Source: Cyanidioschyzon merolae (lineage: Eukaryota). From it: DNA of 64,000 nucleotides. Positions within the stretch are counted from its first letter, which is position 1. Each line of letters starts with the position of its first letter. Below are positions 45,693-57,594 of the stretch, piece by piece. The stretch lies in the NCBI GenBank assembly GCA_000091205.1, contig AP006500.2, one strand, 5' to 3'. The notes beneath the pieces were generated by a model. That model saw nothing but the letters and a program-made list of their open reading frames with translations, did no database searches and was not told the DNA's origin. The position numbers and the translations under genes were made by a program.

Positions 45693-47191
45693 GGGCCTGA
45701 CTTTGCCAAAAGTTCCACAGCACACTCGTTTACGCTGCAATGGAAGAGAGACGACATTTCCGATTGCGCTGGATCGCATGAACGACGCGCGAGCTGGACA
45801 CCTGCTCCGTCGACCAGTACGTATATCGAGTGCAGGAATCGATTGTATACGATGCCCTTTGATGCGTTCAGGACGATATACAAGCATCAAGAGCGCGGGT
45901 GCATGCCAAAACAGGTAGAGAGGAAGCTCGTAGAACAGAGACGGTTGCACGAGACGCTGCAGGGTAAGCTGACCGGACCTCACATGGCAAGGCAATCGTT
46001 GGTGAGAGGCTTTCCATGGCGGGATCCCTCCAGCAACCATACGCATAAGCACATTCTGAACCGAGACTTGATGCCTCGATCAAAATCCGGAATCGTCTCG
46101 TGGCTCCTTGGCGTCCTGCGGCTTTGCATCAAGCGAACTTTCGACGGAATCGTTTAGTGGTCCGTATGTGCATTGAGATGAAACGCTGCAGATTTAGGAC
46201 GAAAAAACTCAGTAGCGCGGAGAGGCGGCATTGTACGCTCCAATGGATCAAGGCATTAGGATGTTAGGGTGCAGCCTCCCAGAATAACTCGAGCGCCGTA
46301 TCTATTCACCAAGAACAGTTTCCCTGGGCAACTCGGGAACGATTACAGTCTTCCATCATTCGACAGTGTTGTGTTTACCAGGGACGATTCCGCTCACCAG
46401 ATCGGTCCTGGAGGCAGTGCAATTTTTTCACCCGAGGCAACGCAAGCGACAGCTCAGTTTTCCATGAAATGCTCTTCGGCTGTGTGCTGAAGCCGTAGCC
46501 GCTGGGGTCATGCCGCGTGCATCTGCACTTGCCTGCGGCCTGTGTTCACATATCGCGAGGCTGCATGAGGTGTCCGAAGCGGAACCTAGCACCTGAACAT
46601 GCACCTGTGCACTTGTTCCTCGCGCAGCCGATTTGGCTCTCAGCTGAGCTCTGTAAACTGCAATGCTCCCTTGGAGGACGCGGGTCGGATACGCGCTTCT
46701 CGCAAAGAAACCGCGGGCGATAATGGACACATGTGGCGACCGAGACGCACTTTTGCGGTCGAAGCGTTCACCCAGCAGATTGGGGAGCAGCAGGACCATA
46801 CCCGGCGCTTCCATATCCTCAAATCTTGATGAAGGGAACGCGTCTTGAATAGGCGGGTGTGTCGGCGGTTTGGGGACGCTGTGCAAGCCGCACAGCCCGC
46901 TCGGATTCCCCGTTGTACCGAGCCGTCAAAGCGAGCCACCGTAGACGCCCAGCGGTTTCGATGCAAGGCTCCATATGCCGTGCCTACCGCATTTCTTGAC
47001 TGAATCGACACAGATGGTCTACTTTCCTGGACGTAGGAGCTTGTTGGATAATCCTGAGGCACCCGCTCTGGCGTGCTTTCAGGAGAACGCATCGACGAGC
47101 GCCTGGAGCGCACCGCTGGCACCGGCTAGATGCATCAGCGGCATTAGAGTTCCCACACATACGATCGGCTTTATGGACCAAGTCGTGCCGA

Positions 47192-49219
47192 TCAGCGCGT
47201 GAGCTGATCCAATTCATCGACCAGAGCACCAAAGCGCCGCAGCGCCGCTTGAACCGGCTCCGGACTTGTCATGTCGACACCGGCAATGCGCAAGGCATCA
47301 ATGGGATCCACGCTCGATCCCGCTCGCAGGAAGGCGAAGTAGGCATCTCGTTCTGCCGTGCCGCCGCTGAGCACCCGCTCCGCAAGAGCGAGTGCTGCGC
47401 TGATCCCCGTCGCGTACTGGTACACGTAGAAATTGTAGTAGAAATGGGGAATGCGGAAGAGCTCCCATTCAATCGCCTCGTCGATACAAACGCCATCCGT
47501 TCCAAACCACTCTTCATTGAGTGTGCGATATGTCTGCCGGAGCGTTGCAGGCGTCAAGGGATGACCTTCCTCCGCCATTCTATGGATACGTAATTCGAAA
47601 TCCGCAAACATTGCTTGACGGAAGAGTGTACCACGTAAATCCTCTAGCGACCGGTTCACGAGATACGCCTTTTCCGCCCTGCTGTTGGCTTTCGTGCGAA
47701 AGAGATAACGGGAGTAAAGCTCCTCATTGAACGTTGAGGCAACCTCTGCGACAAAGATCGAATAGTCTGCATAGTGATAGGGTTGATGTTGGCGACTGAA
47801 ATGACTATGCATCGAGTGCCCGAGCTCATGCGCCAGCGTGAACGCGTCATTAATGTTCGCCGGGTCGTAATTATGAAGAATGTACGGCTCGCTGTCATAA
47901 CAGCCGGATGAATATGCGCCACTGCGCTTGCCTTTGTTCTCGTAACGATCCACCCAACGGCGTTCTCCGAGCCCGGCAGACGCGACCCGCAGGTATTCGT
48001 CTCCGAGGGGTGCCAGCGATGCCAGTACGGACTTGACAGCGTCCTCGTACGGCATGGCGAGGTCCACGTCAGGAATAAGTGGTGCATACATGTCATACAT
48101 GTGAATACGGCCGTCGTCCTCACGATCCACACCCAAGAGGCGCCGCCGTAGCGCAACGTATCGATGATGATGGTGCAGACCATGCTTGCGAATGGTATCC
48201 AAGAGGTTTTCGTAGACTTTCGTGGGGATCGCGTTCGGTGTCAGCGCCGCCTCGAGAGCCGAGCGATATCGTCGCGCTTTGGCATGGAACACATGCGTCT
48301 CGACCGCGCCCGAAAGCAGCTCTGCGAGCGTGTTCTCAAACGAACGATACTTCCCGTGAAGCGTCGTGAATGCGTTCCGACGCAGGGTGCGGTCTTTGCT
48401 GCGCATCAATGTGCCGTAACTCCCATGAGATAGAGCAATCGAGTTCCCCTGGCCATCCTGAACGAATCCAAAGTCAAAGTCGGCGTCATTCATCGCAGAA
48501 AACGCCCGAGCTGATGCGGACGTCGCTTTCGTCGAGGCCGCGAGGAGTGCCTCCTCGCTTGCGCTCAGTGTATGCGCCTTTTGTCGACGAATTCGCTCTA
48601 GGTAGTGCTTGTACGGCTCAAGGCCTTTCCCAGGTTCCAGATAGTCATTCGGCACCTCCACCAACTCCGGCTCGAGGAAAGATGTCTGCTCTGCATAGCG
48701 GGTGTGCAAGTCCACGGCTCGCGCGTACATGCTCTTGGCTGCTTCGTTCCGCAAGTCCTCATCGTGCAAGAGATGAGCATACGTATACACACGCTCAATC
48801 ACGCGGGCTATCCTCAGGTACTCTTCGAGAGCCTGGCGAACGGTTTCGGGTGACTGTGTCACGCGCCCACGGAAGGAAAGCAGCTTCTCCCACGGCCCTG
48901 AACATGCAGTAAAGTCCCGCTCCCACTCCGACTTGTCCGCGTATAGACGAGACAGGTCCCATTGATCGCTCTCGGGCACTTGATCACGTTCCGGAACACC
49001 GATGGTAGCAGTTTCGCGGGTAGCCACCGGTGCTGGTGAAAGCAAGACCCGCACAGCACCCGCCGTTCGACAAAGTGACTGGTGAACAGGCGAGATCGAC
49101 ATTGACGTGGTCCCTGGCATCCAACGAGGAGACCTAGTTCGGCGGCAACACTTTCCCCAGCGCTGTTGCGACCGGAGCAAGCTCGTTGACTGGACGATGA
49201 AAGACGGGCGATAACGCAT
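47192..49219 (-). CDS. pepF: Oligoendopeptidase F (M3B metallopeptidase, PepF) with an organellar-type presequence
   Basis: 675 aa. Zinc-binding motif HELGHSMHS with a downstream E ligand (VAEVASTFNEELY). M3B-like length and layout (…YENKGKRSGAYSSGCYDSEPYILHNYD…, …FYYNFYVYQYATGISAAL…). The N-terminal 80 aa are R/S-rich. First ATG at 49219; the track start at 49225 is a GTG. Confidence 0.85.
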   Translation of the reverse strand: MRYRPSFIVQSTSLLRSQQRWGKCCRRTRSPRWMPGTTSMSISPVHQSLCRTAGAVRVLLSPAPVATRETATIGVPERDQVPESDQWDLSRLYADKSEWERDFTACSGPWEKLLSFRGRVTQSPETVRQALEEYLRIARVIERVYTYAHLLHDEDLRNEAAKSMYARAVDLHTRYAEQTSFLEPELVEVPNDYLEPGKGLEPYKHYLERIRRQKAHTLSASEEALLAASTKATSASARAFSAMNDADFDFGFVQDGQGNSIALSHGSYGTLMRSKDRTLRRNAFTTLHGKYRSFENTLAELLSGAVETHVFHAKARRYRSALEAALTPNAIPTKVYENLLDTIRKHGLHHHHRYVALRRRLLGVDREDDGRIHMYDMYAPLIPDVDLAMPYEDAVKSVLASLAPLGDEYLRVASAGLGERRWVDRYENKGKRSGAYSSGCYDSEPYILHNYDPANINDAFTLAHELGHSMHSHFSRQHQPYHYADYSIFVAEVASTFNEELYSRYLFRTKANSRAEKAYLVNRSLEDLRGTLFRQAMFADFELRIHRMAEEGHPLTPATLRQTYRTLNEEWFGTDGVCIDEAIEWELFRIPHFYYNFYVYQYATGISAALALAERVLSGGTAERDAYFAFLRAGSSVDPIDALRIAGVDMTSPEPVQAALRRFGALVDELDQLTR

Positions 49220-50907
49220 ATGCACGCAAGTCCTTGCGCACGAGCGCTACTGCTCCAAATGTCTGGCAAGCTTGTGAGAGGCGGCAGGCCCTGATGCCTG
49301 CATAAGGGTGCAGCGTCTCTCACTGTATAAATTGTTCGTGTTTGTCATAGATTGTGTTCAATGGAACAAGAAACCTTTCGCTGCCACGGATGGTCACTAA
49401 ATACCCACGCACAGACGCCTCCAAGTCATTTTATGGCCGGGCACCTACGATCGGCTTCAGTTTCTACCTGCACACTTCGAGCCTGAGGGGTTGTCCCCAT
49501 GAAGTAAGATCGCGTCAACTCCACGGGTCTCAGCTACAGCACCGCACGTCTCCTGATATCGAGGGCGGCATGGAGGTCTTGGTTGAAGAACTCCTTGCGT
49601 GCATTGATGCCGGTTGAACTCACCAAGGCATGGAGGAGTCCTCGAACTCGTATCCTCTACTCCACGAAAACCTCTTCACCGTCATGTCGGGCAAACACTG
49701 TTGCTCGCTTATCTCCACCCTTCTTATTCTTCGTCACTTGCTCTTCTGCGCTCGATGGACGGCGGGACGAGAATTTTCTTCGTTCTTTCGTGGAACCCCG
49801 GGATGACGGCCCTCTACTACCGCCGACTTCCATCCCCGAAACTTTTCTTTAGATTTTTGTACGTTGGAAATGAATGCACTTGTTTATGTCCCTAGGTGAG
49901 GTCCGTCCCGGAGGGAGAGGGACTTTCGGGACAGAGACGACATGTGCACCGGTGTGCCGCCGTGTGTTGAACGCTTCAGCGATTCACCCAAAGGATCCGT
50001 CGGTACTTTTAACGATACAAAGCACTCCTTCAATACCGTTGAACCATGGAGCGTACCGAGGAATGAAAAGCAGCTCTATGCCGATCGAATCGCCAATAGC
50101 TCGAATGCAGCGGCAATGGTGAAATACCACGTTGTCCAATGGAAGGATGTCGCCAGACGCTAGTGGAAAAGTCGTCGATGATGCGACGAAGCGGTTGGCG
50201 GTCCTGCATGCGCCTTCTCTACGGGCAAAACTGAGGCAGCCAAATAATTCCACTCCAGCTAGACCAGGGGATGATATCGTCGTTCTCTTCGAATTCAATC
50301 GTACATTCAACTGGCTCCTTGCTCCGCGAATATCCGAAAACACTCCAACTGTTTGGTCCGAAAGACGTCTCATCGACTGGAAAAACAAACTGACGTCCCT
50401 CTGCTTCATTCCGATCGCGACGTTCCAGGAACACTGTAGCTGCGATTTCGGCGGAAGAAGGCTGTGTGTGAAATTGGACTCTGTTTTTGCAACCGTATCC
50501 CCGTGGTTTCGGTACGACACGAACAATCCGCTCAGAAGCAGAGACGCTGGTGTCAGCCTCTATCGTCGCTTTGCCTTTCGTAAGGAGATCAACTGGCCGT
50601 TTTCTACCATCGACAGCGAGCAGACTTGGAGAATATCCGGTTTTGACGAAGAGCGCGTATAATTGTTTCTTTCAGTGTTCCTAAAGCATCTGAGTACTGT
50701 GGTATGACTGACCTGATGGAGGAGTGCAGTCCTCCTCGCTCTGTGCAGTAAAGAGTATATATCTTATAGGCGATTCGTCTACGGTCGATGGGGTACATTG
50801 TACGGGGATTTCGATCCCCTGCTATGCACCGCAGCGGAAGTGAAACAGAAACGATTCGAAAGACTGGAAGGCGTACGGATTCATAGCCAGATTCAGGATT
50901 TTCGGTC

Positions 50908-51600
50908 ATGCCTTCCGCGTCGCATCTTGGAATCTTTGCTGCTGGAATTCATGACGACACTGGCATTACAATGATTCACGACGCCTACGAACAAGGTTTC
51001 GTACAATGGACGATACGATCATCCAATTCAAGCGTACAAGCGTCCATTCTTCTCGATTCCTTACGGAAAGCATGCTCGAATGACGTATTATTCAGATTTT
51101 GGATCTTTCTGTTTTAAGGCAACTCGTTGGTGCAGCCATTCGCGTCGCTGGATGGACCAGAAAACAAAACTCGTTGTCGCACAGTGACAGCTTCTTCACG
51201 GATTCATGCCTACAGTTCCCAGAATATTGCACGTCAGAGAAGCGGTTCCGTTCGAATCACAAATCCTCCACTCTTCATGGCCATCGATGAAATGGCATTC
51301 CACAGTAGCGCGGCACCTCTCACGGGATATGCTCCAAGCGGTTCCAGTTTCATCTTCTTGAATCGAAAAGGGTCTTGGACTCCGAATCCAGTCATCATGT
51401 CGTTCGCTGCCCATGGAGCGTGCGTCACCGCTTCGCCCGAATGGAGCCTAGAGATATCGACAGTTCTCGATTTGTTCTCCCACACTGATTTTGCTTCCGC
51501 TGCATGCTTCATGATGGACAAGATCGCGTTCCACAAATCCTCTCTCGAATGCAACAGCGTGCACTTGTGCATGCAGCGCACAGCGTACTCGACGATATGA
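50908..51600 (+). pseudogene. Copy 2 of the diverged dispersed repeat: a near-intact coding copy (one in-frame TAA at 51118-51120) of the same unknown protein as 40600..41330
   Basis: ORFs 50908..51117 and 51127..51600 are in the same frame, separated by a single stop. The protein-level similarity to copy 1 is higher than the DNA similarity. It may be a real gene containing a sequencing error or a recent nonsense mutation. Confidence 0.5.
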
Positions 51601-52261
51601 GCAGCCTGAACAAGCGCTTGATCGAAGCATACGGAAACGGGCCCGGAAACGAAGGAGTGCAACGAGGGGCGACTTTTGCATCTGTCAAGGGCACGTAACG
51701 AGTGATGACGCCAGCATTCACGCTGGATAGTCCAGCGTTTGGCGGAACAGGTGTCGCGGACGTATGGGAGCAACTCAGCACATCTAAGAGCCACGATTGC
51801 GCTGGACGCACCAAGTCTGTGTACAGAGACGGTGCGAATGGCAAGCACAGCATAGATCACTACTGCCATATGTGCATGAAGTGCTTTGACAACGGGTGAA
51901 AGCTACGAAATCGGGACTTGAGCGCTGCCATCAGCATCCTCGGACGGCTAATAATTCAGCTGGAGCGGAAGCAGAGACCAGCGAATCTAAACCCGGAGAG
52001 AAGAGACATGGATAGAAAGCACCCGCAGAACAACCCGAAAAAGACTTGTGTTGATGATCGGTGGACGAGTCCAACATTTTACGGGGTACGCGCGATTGAA
52101 CTACCCGAACCTGTTCTATTTTATGCTTACTTGGGTGTCGTGCGCTTTCGAGCATGAACGTGATGCGAGGCGCTTTCGGAACGCGTTTCTGCAGGGGCGC
52201 CGCGGGTCGGAACCCAGAAACGAACGCTTGAACACTTCAGTCGACGAGATCGTCGCTCTGC

Positions 52262-53977
52262 ATGACTGCAGCTAGTCCCGGGGTGTCTGTACCACCGTGG
52301 TACGGTAATGATACGGAAACCAGAGACCGCATTCTGTCAAAACTGCGTATGGCGAGGCGACGACCCGCCAGTCGAGACCACTGGCAGTTCGTTGTAAAGC
52401 GTTTACGGTTGTGGCTGGGGAGCGCGGACGGGAAACAGGTACGCCCTCCGTGCATGCTCATTCTTGATCTCTATCCGAACGGAGCTCTACGCGCTCATAA
52501 GTTTCCACCAAACGCAGTTAAAGACGGCAGGCTGGCAACGGCCTGGGAGATGCTCGAGTTCCTGCTGGATGAGGTTCTCACGCCGCAGCGCGAGAATGCG
52601 GCCAGTTTACGCCCCGCGAGCATTAGTTTTACCAATCGGAACATTGCAAGAGCGCTCGCGGACCCCGTTCGGTTTCTCGTTTGCGAGCAAGTGACGCAGG
52701 ACCTGCACGCACTGGTTTCCAGAGCAGGGTCTGCAGCGGCGGAGGCGGACTGCTGGAGCCCGCCTGTCCTCGCTGAGGCGGATGGCGTTCGCGAGTTTAT
52801 GCAACGTTTCGCTCAGAACCTGATCGCTAAGGGAAAGGGTGCATCGAGCACGGCAAGCGAGGCACCTGGTCTGATACAGGGCTTGCTCGCAGGCGGAGAA
52901 CGGCGCGACGGCCGTCCGGATAACCGGTACATTTTGCAGGCTCTACCCCTGTCAAAGTGCGAGCTCCTTGTCGGCCAGTACTACTGTTTAGCATACGCGC
53001 TCTTTCATCGAAAGCCCTGGGATGAGTTACCTGAGTCGTGGCTTTTCCGTGTGGAGAGCATCTGCGTTGAACAGGTGATGCAGCGGCCTGTGGCAGAGCG
53101 GTGGCGAAGGCACGTACGGTTTCTTGCGGTGCTCGGCGGCGAGACCCCGGGATTCGTTGGTCTACCGTCTGTCAGGGCAGCCCGTAAGCGATACGCCGCG
53201 AGTATGCGGCGCCTCAAGAAAGAGACCGAGGAAGGTTCGTCGACCGTATCAGAAGCGGAATCGCTAGACGCCCCCCTGTATCTGCCGTCGGAAGCCGTGT
53301 CGAGTGTGTCTGCGGATAGTATCCCTGACGTTGTTCTTTGCGCGTTTACTGGCCAGATCATTTCCGGTCCAAACGCAAATCGATGCAGCCGATGCAAGAG
53401 TGCTTACTATATTGACGAGGAAGCTCAGCGGGCAGACTGGAGCCGCCACGCCACTGAATGCGATGCGATCGCACAACTGAGTGCCTCCGCCGCTGCGGTG
53501 TCGTTGCGCCCAGGGGCACCAGAATGCCCTCAGATCTCGCGTCCATTCTGGCGCTATGCAGAGCTTGTCCATATCTATATGGAGGAGTCGTCGCTAACCT
53601 TTGACGACCTTGATGCGATCGAGGAGTATGCCTGGCCGGTTGCGCGTGACGCCCGAAACGGATGGCCTGTTCCCTTTGTAACCGTAGGCGGCCACGCGCT
53701 GCCACGGCCCAGCGTTGAACGGCCCAACCTGGAGGAGCTTTCCTGGATGATAGCTGTAATGGAGTGGATGCTGGAGCATCAGGGAATAGCGCGGCTCCGA
53801 TCTGGGATGCAGATGGGACGCTGGCAAAACGATTCGATTTCATCCAGCGCTGCCGCTGGGCAACAATCTGCACAGCACGTGGTTTTGCTTTCCGTTGAAC
53901 CGGTAGAGGATATGAAGCAGACAGCTATCAGTAGGTACTGCGCGGAGCCGTCGGCGAGCACCGCTGCCATTGGATAA
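52262..53977 (+). CDS. MYND-type zinc-finger protein (571 aa)
   Basis: CAFTGQIISGPNANRCSRCKSAYYIDEEAQRADWSRHATEC fits the MYND finger C-x2-C-x(7-10)-C-x2-C-x(5-7)-C-x3-C/Q-x3-W-x2-H-x3-C. ATG at 52262 confirmed. The rest of the protein has no recognised domain. Confidence 0.6.
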   Translation: MTAASPGVSVPPWYGNDTETRDRILSKLRMARRRPASRDHWQFVVKRLRLWLGSADGKQVRPPCMLILDLYPNGALRAHKFPPNAVKDGRLATAWEMLEFLLDEVLTPQRENAASLRPASISFTNRNIARALADPVRFLVCEQVTQDLHALVSRAGSAAAEADCWSPPVLAEADGVREFMQRFAQNLIAKGKGASSTASEAPGLIQGLLAGGERRDGRPDNRYILQALPLSKCELLVGQYYCLAYALFHRKPWDELPESWLFRVESICVEQVMQRPVAERWRRHVRFLAVLGGETPGFVGLPSVRAARKRYAASMRRLKKETEEGSSTVSEAESLDAPLYLPSEAVSSVSADSIPDVVLCAFTGQIISGPNANRCSRCKSAYYIDEEAQRADWSRHATECDAIAQLSASAAAVSLRPGAPECPQISRPFWRYAELVHIYMEESSLTFDDLDAIEEYAWPVARDARNGWPVPFVTVGGHALPRPSVERPNLEELSWMIAVMEWMLEHQGIARLRSGMQMGRWQNDSISSSAAAGQQSAQHVVLLSVEPVEDMKQTAISRYCAEPSASTAAIG

Positions 53978-55601
53978 TTGGGTAACTTGGTGGATCTTTC
54001 GAAGCCTGGATACAAAACGGCAGCGGTGCACTAGATGACGCCTGAATGGTTGCTTGCTCGTAAGCAGATGCTGCCCGCTCTACACACCATGGCGAGACGT
54101 TCCGCATATCATAAATCGGCACTCGCGCTCGCAGCTCGCCAGTAAGCTACCAACGATGCTTTGTCACCGTTGGTACGCACGGTTGCGAACTTGACCGCTA
54201 GTCCTCTTTCCCGCCTTGCTCTACCCGAAGTATTGGCCATAGTGCGATGTGCAAACGTCGACAACGGTTGGGAAAGCAGCCTCACCGTTCGTTTTTCTGC
54301 CCACATGAGTGGATCTACTATGCCACGCTTCAGGTCCTTGGTTGCCTCCAGGAAGACCCCGAGCTTGGGCAGCCAAGGGCTGTCTCTGGCACTAGAAAAG
54401 AAATCATCTGCGGCATTGGCGGTACTCGTGTTCACGTGCATGCAATGAGGTCCGTCACCAGGGTTCTTGGCATCGCAGTAGCCTCGGCGCTCGGTGCGTG
54501 AGACTCTATCGACCGCATGCCTCGTACACCAGGGAACATTGCTCTCGCGGGGTGGCGGCGCGTGACCACCTCTCCCGAAGAGATGTCGTTGGAAACTCGG
54601 CAACTGGCGAGACCCGTGCGCCCGGGTGCGTCTGGTTCAACTCATCGATCCGAAACCAAAAAATCCGCCACATCTGCGCACCAGAGTCTGGAAACCCCGG
54701 AATGCAACACCTGGCCGTACAGAATTCCAAAGCAGAATATCGGTGAGGTTGCGTGCCTCTTTCCATCAAGTTGCTTCTTGTGTAGGACTCGCCTCGATGG
54801 ACCGCAGCCGATGATGCATCGTTCGGCGGCACCCTTTCCAAAGGCCTTCGAGATGACGCACGCAGGAGCATGTCAAAACTTTTCTGATTCCGTACGGTAT
54901 CCGCGCCAGGGTCCATCCGGTGCAGCAGTAGATGCCCCCGGTAGGATCAGTACCCGGGAAACCGCGCCCACGAGCCAAAGTCCCCGCAGAAGATGTCCGT
55001 TCTGAGGTTCGTGCAACTCGGAACCATCTGGAACGTCCCGGACCGGGTGTCGCTTCCTTGACTGCTAGGGCACAGAGTGCATCCCCAAGATTCCTGGTTC
55101 GTCTCATCGATGCTACACCATCGGAAAAAAAGCCCCTCAAGGCAGCATCCGCCGCTGTGCGACACCGCATGCATGCACGGATGTGCGGCACACTTGTGAC
55201 ACATAGAGACACGCACGCACCGCGGCCTCGTGTCGTGACACGCGCCGCACGCACCCCACGCTGCGTGGATCGATGCGTGTCGGGCACGCAGGCACCGCGG
55301 CCGCGATGGCGCCCTGCGATGATTGCCGAATGCGACATGCGTGGACATGGCGCGGGCTGTGGCCCCTCTGGCGCGGGCCTTCGCGTGCGGATCATTCGTG
55401 GCCGATGACGGGGCAGAGGGCGCCCAGACACCTAATTTGGATCCAGGCCTGGGTGCGGAAAGGCCACGCTGGTGACGGCGCTCGCGACGACCTAGCACCT
55501 TTTTTGTCTTCGATGAGGGCTCTGGATCCAAAATTCCTGTAGAGTAGGTGTTTTGACTGTTTCGTTGGTTTTTAAAACGAGTACTTCATACAGAAGAGAA
55601 T

Positions 55602-56321
55602 ATGCATAGAAACAGCTTGTTTGTGTTAACGTGCCTTGCCTTGATTGTGCTTTGCAGGGCGAGCGCTGTGCCGACAGAACCCTTAGAGCAGCAGGAGCAG
55701 CAGCTGTTGCTGGTGCCGGACTCGCTTCTCGAGCGTCAGAGTTTCATCGGAGGCGTGGGTGAGAGTGTTGGATCGGGGTCGCCACCCTTCCCGTATCCAT
55801 CGCCGGCTCCGAACCCGCCTACATACAACTTCAGCAGGACAGCAACTGTTCTGATCACTGGCGCGAACATCCAAACCGATAACCACAGTCAGACGAACGA
55901 CTTTCGCGCGGATACGGAAATCATTTTTGGAGGTGCGTTGGAGCACGCAACCGTTTTCCCAGACGATGCCCTCGGAACATACAAGATCATCAACGGCACA
56001 GAACTGTTATCCAGCGAGCAGTTCATCAACTTTACGTACTACGCAAAGCCGCTGGCGTACTTTACCGCGACAGACTACCCAGTCGCCCGCTACTCTCTGG
56101 CCGCGAGACTCAACTCTCCTAGGGTCATCAAATTTGCGTCGAACGCATTAGCGCTGAAGCAGCTCGTCGCTGTTGCTCGCGGCAGTGACTTTTACGTGGC
56201 GTGGCGCGCTGTCGATCCTCTGAACGAGTCAAGCAGACCGGACCTTCAGGATGCCTTCTTTGATTTTGGTGTCATGTCCATCCAGAAAGTTCCTTGTACG
56301 GGTGCAGGTATAAGCTGTTGA
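55602..56321 (+). CDS. Small secreted protein, paralog C of the family at 1339..2031 and 2957..3667 (signal peptide MHRNSLFVLTCLALIVLCRASAVP; C-terminal VPCTGAGISC)
   Basis: Same conserved blocks: PPTYNFSRTATVLITGANIQ, HATVFPDDALGTYKIINGTELL, YYAKPLAYF, DAFFDFGVMSIQKVPCTGAGISC. ATG at 55602. Similar length (239 aa) and layout. Confidence 0.6.
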   Translation: MHRNSLFVLTCLALIVLCRASAVPTEPLEQQEQQLLLVPDSLLERQSFIGGVGESVGSGSPPFPYPSPAPNPPTYNFSRTATVLITGANIQTDNHSQTNDFRADTEIIFGGALEHATVFPDDALGTYKIINGTELLSSEQFINFTYYAKPLAYFTATDYPVARYSLAARLNSPRVIKFASNALALKQLVAVARGSDFYVAWRAVDPLNESSRPDLQDAFFDFGVMSIQKVPCTGAGISC

Positions 56322-57594
56322 TAGCTGGAAAGACGTCCGACTCGCCCAAGACTTTGCGGAACTGTTTTGACGGCTTGGATCGTGAGGGATGAAACCAAAT
56401 ACGTAAAGCGTGTTGTGTGATTGGGGCTCGTTTTTTCCAGAGCAGCGAACGCATCATGATCCGGAGCAGAGGTGATCTCGCGTCCCTGTCTCATGAGCGG
56501 CAACTTTCGGTATGGAAGACCCCATTTCTTGGGGCCGACCAGCGAGTCCGTTTGACGTCTCGCCAAGCGCATTCGCTGTGGTGGAATCCCAGTAGGTGCA
56601 CAGCGTACCCGACGCTGTGCGACTGAAGCGATCGCGAGCACCGCTTCTGAGCTACGCGACACCTCGGCTCACTAGGGCACGCTTCGGGTATTGCCTGTGA
56701 CGTAAACGGCCTTGAGGACGATCAAGCGCCCGCCTATCGCTTTCGCGCAGAACATGTGATAATCCGACCGACTCCTCGAGCCGACCGCCATCAAGGCACC
56801 GGGAACCCGTCGTGTTGCCGTGTGGCGACAAGCGCGGCGTATCCAGCATCGCAGCGAACGTCAAGGGCAGCGTCTCGACACTGGGGTGTCTATGTGCCTG
56901 TCTCTATCCGAACGCTATTCCAGACAGGAAGACTCGTCTGACGCTTATGGGACGTCCAGCGTCTATGGGCCCGTGGCCGACAATTCCCTGGTTACTGACA
57001 GTGATCGCGTGTCCGCCGGGGCTGGTTAGAATCATCGTTCTTACACCACTAAAAAACCCGACCGAGGCATTTGGTTTACGCGTCTGAGCACATACTTCAT
57101 ACCCGCGGAGCGCAGTGGCTCTTCGGAAGGAAACACCAGGAATTCATTCCAAAGCGGAGGCCCTCTTGCTCGCCTGTATTCTGCACAGGTGCAGGCGGCT
57201 ACGAAGCATTCTTCTACGCAACGAATCCGGAAAACTGAAAGCTTTCCGCCGTCTCTTGAAACAACGACATGGGCTCGCCTGTGCTGGTGGCCGAGTCCCG
57301 GTTCTATGACTCGCTTTCTCAAAAGCCAGGAAGCAACGCAGGCCAGTGCTCGCGCGCACCTGTATGTCATCGTAAACAGAGAGCCATGGGCCCGCTGGCC
57401 CCAAAGTCGGCAGACAACACGGGCAGTGCTCGTGCGCCCCTGCACGTTCTAGGAAACAAAAACCCCGGGTCTGAGCAAGCGCCACAGCACTCCACTGCAG
57501 TTCACTCAGAAGGCAAACCAACCGCGAGAAGACCACACAAACATACACACACGAAATAACTTTCCGCTACAAGGGACCCCCGCCGCGACCTTCC

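Noticed and set aside
54766-55531. Cluster of overlapping ORFs of 160-220 aa on both strands (54766..55431 -, 54947..55531 -, 54932..55408 +)
   Set aside because: They are mutually overlapping, with extremely GC- and Arg/Ala/Pro-rich translations and no motifs. This is typical of non-coding GC-rich DNA, here the upstream region of secreted-family gene C.
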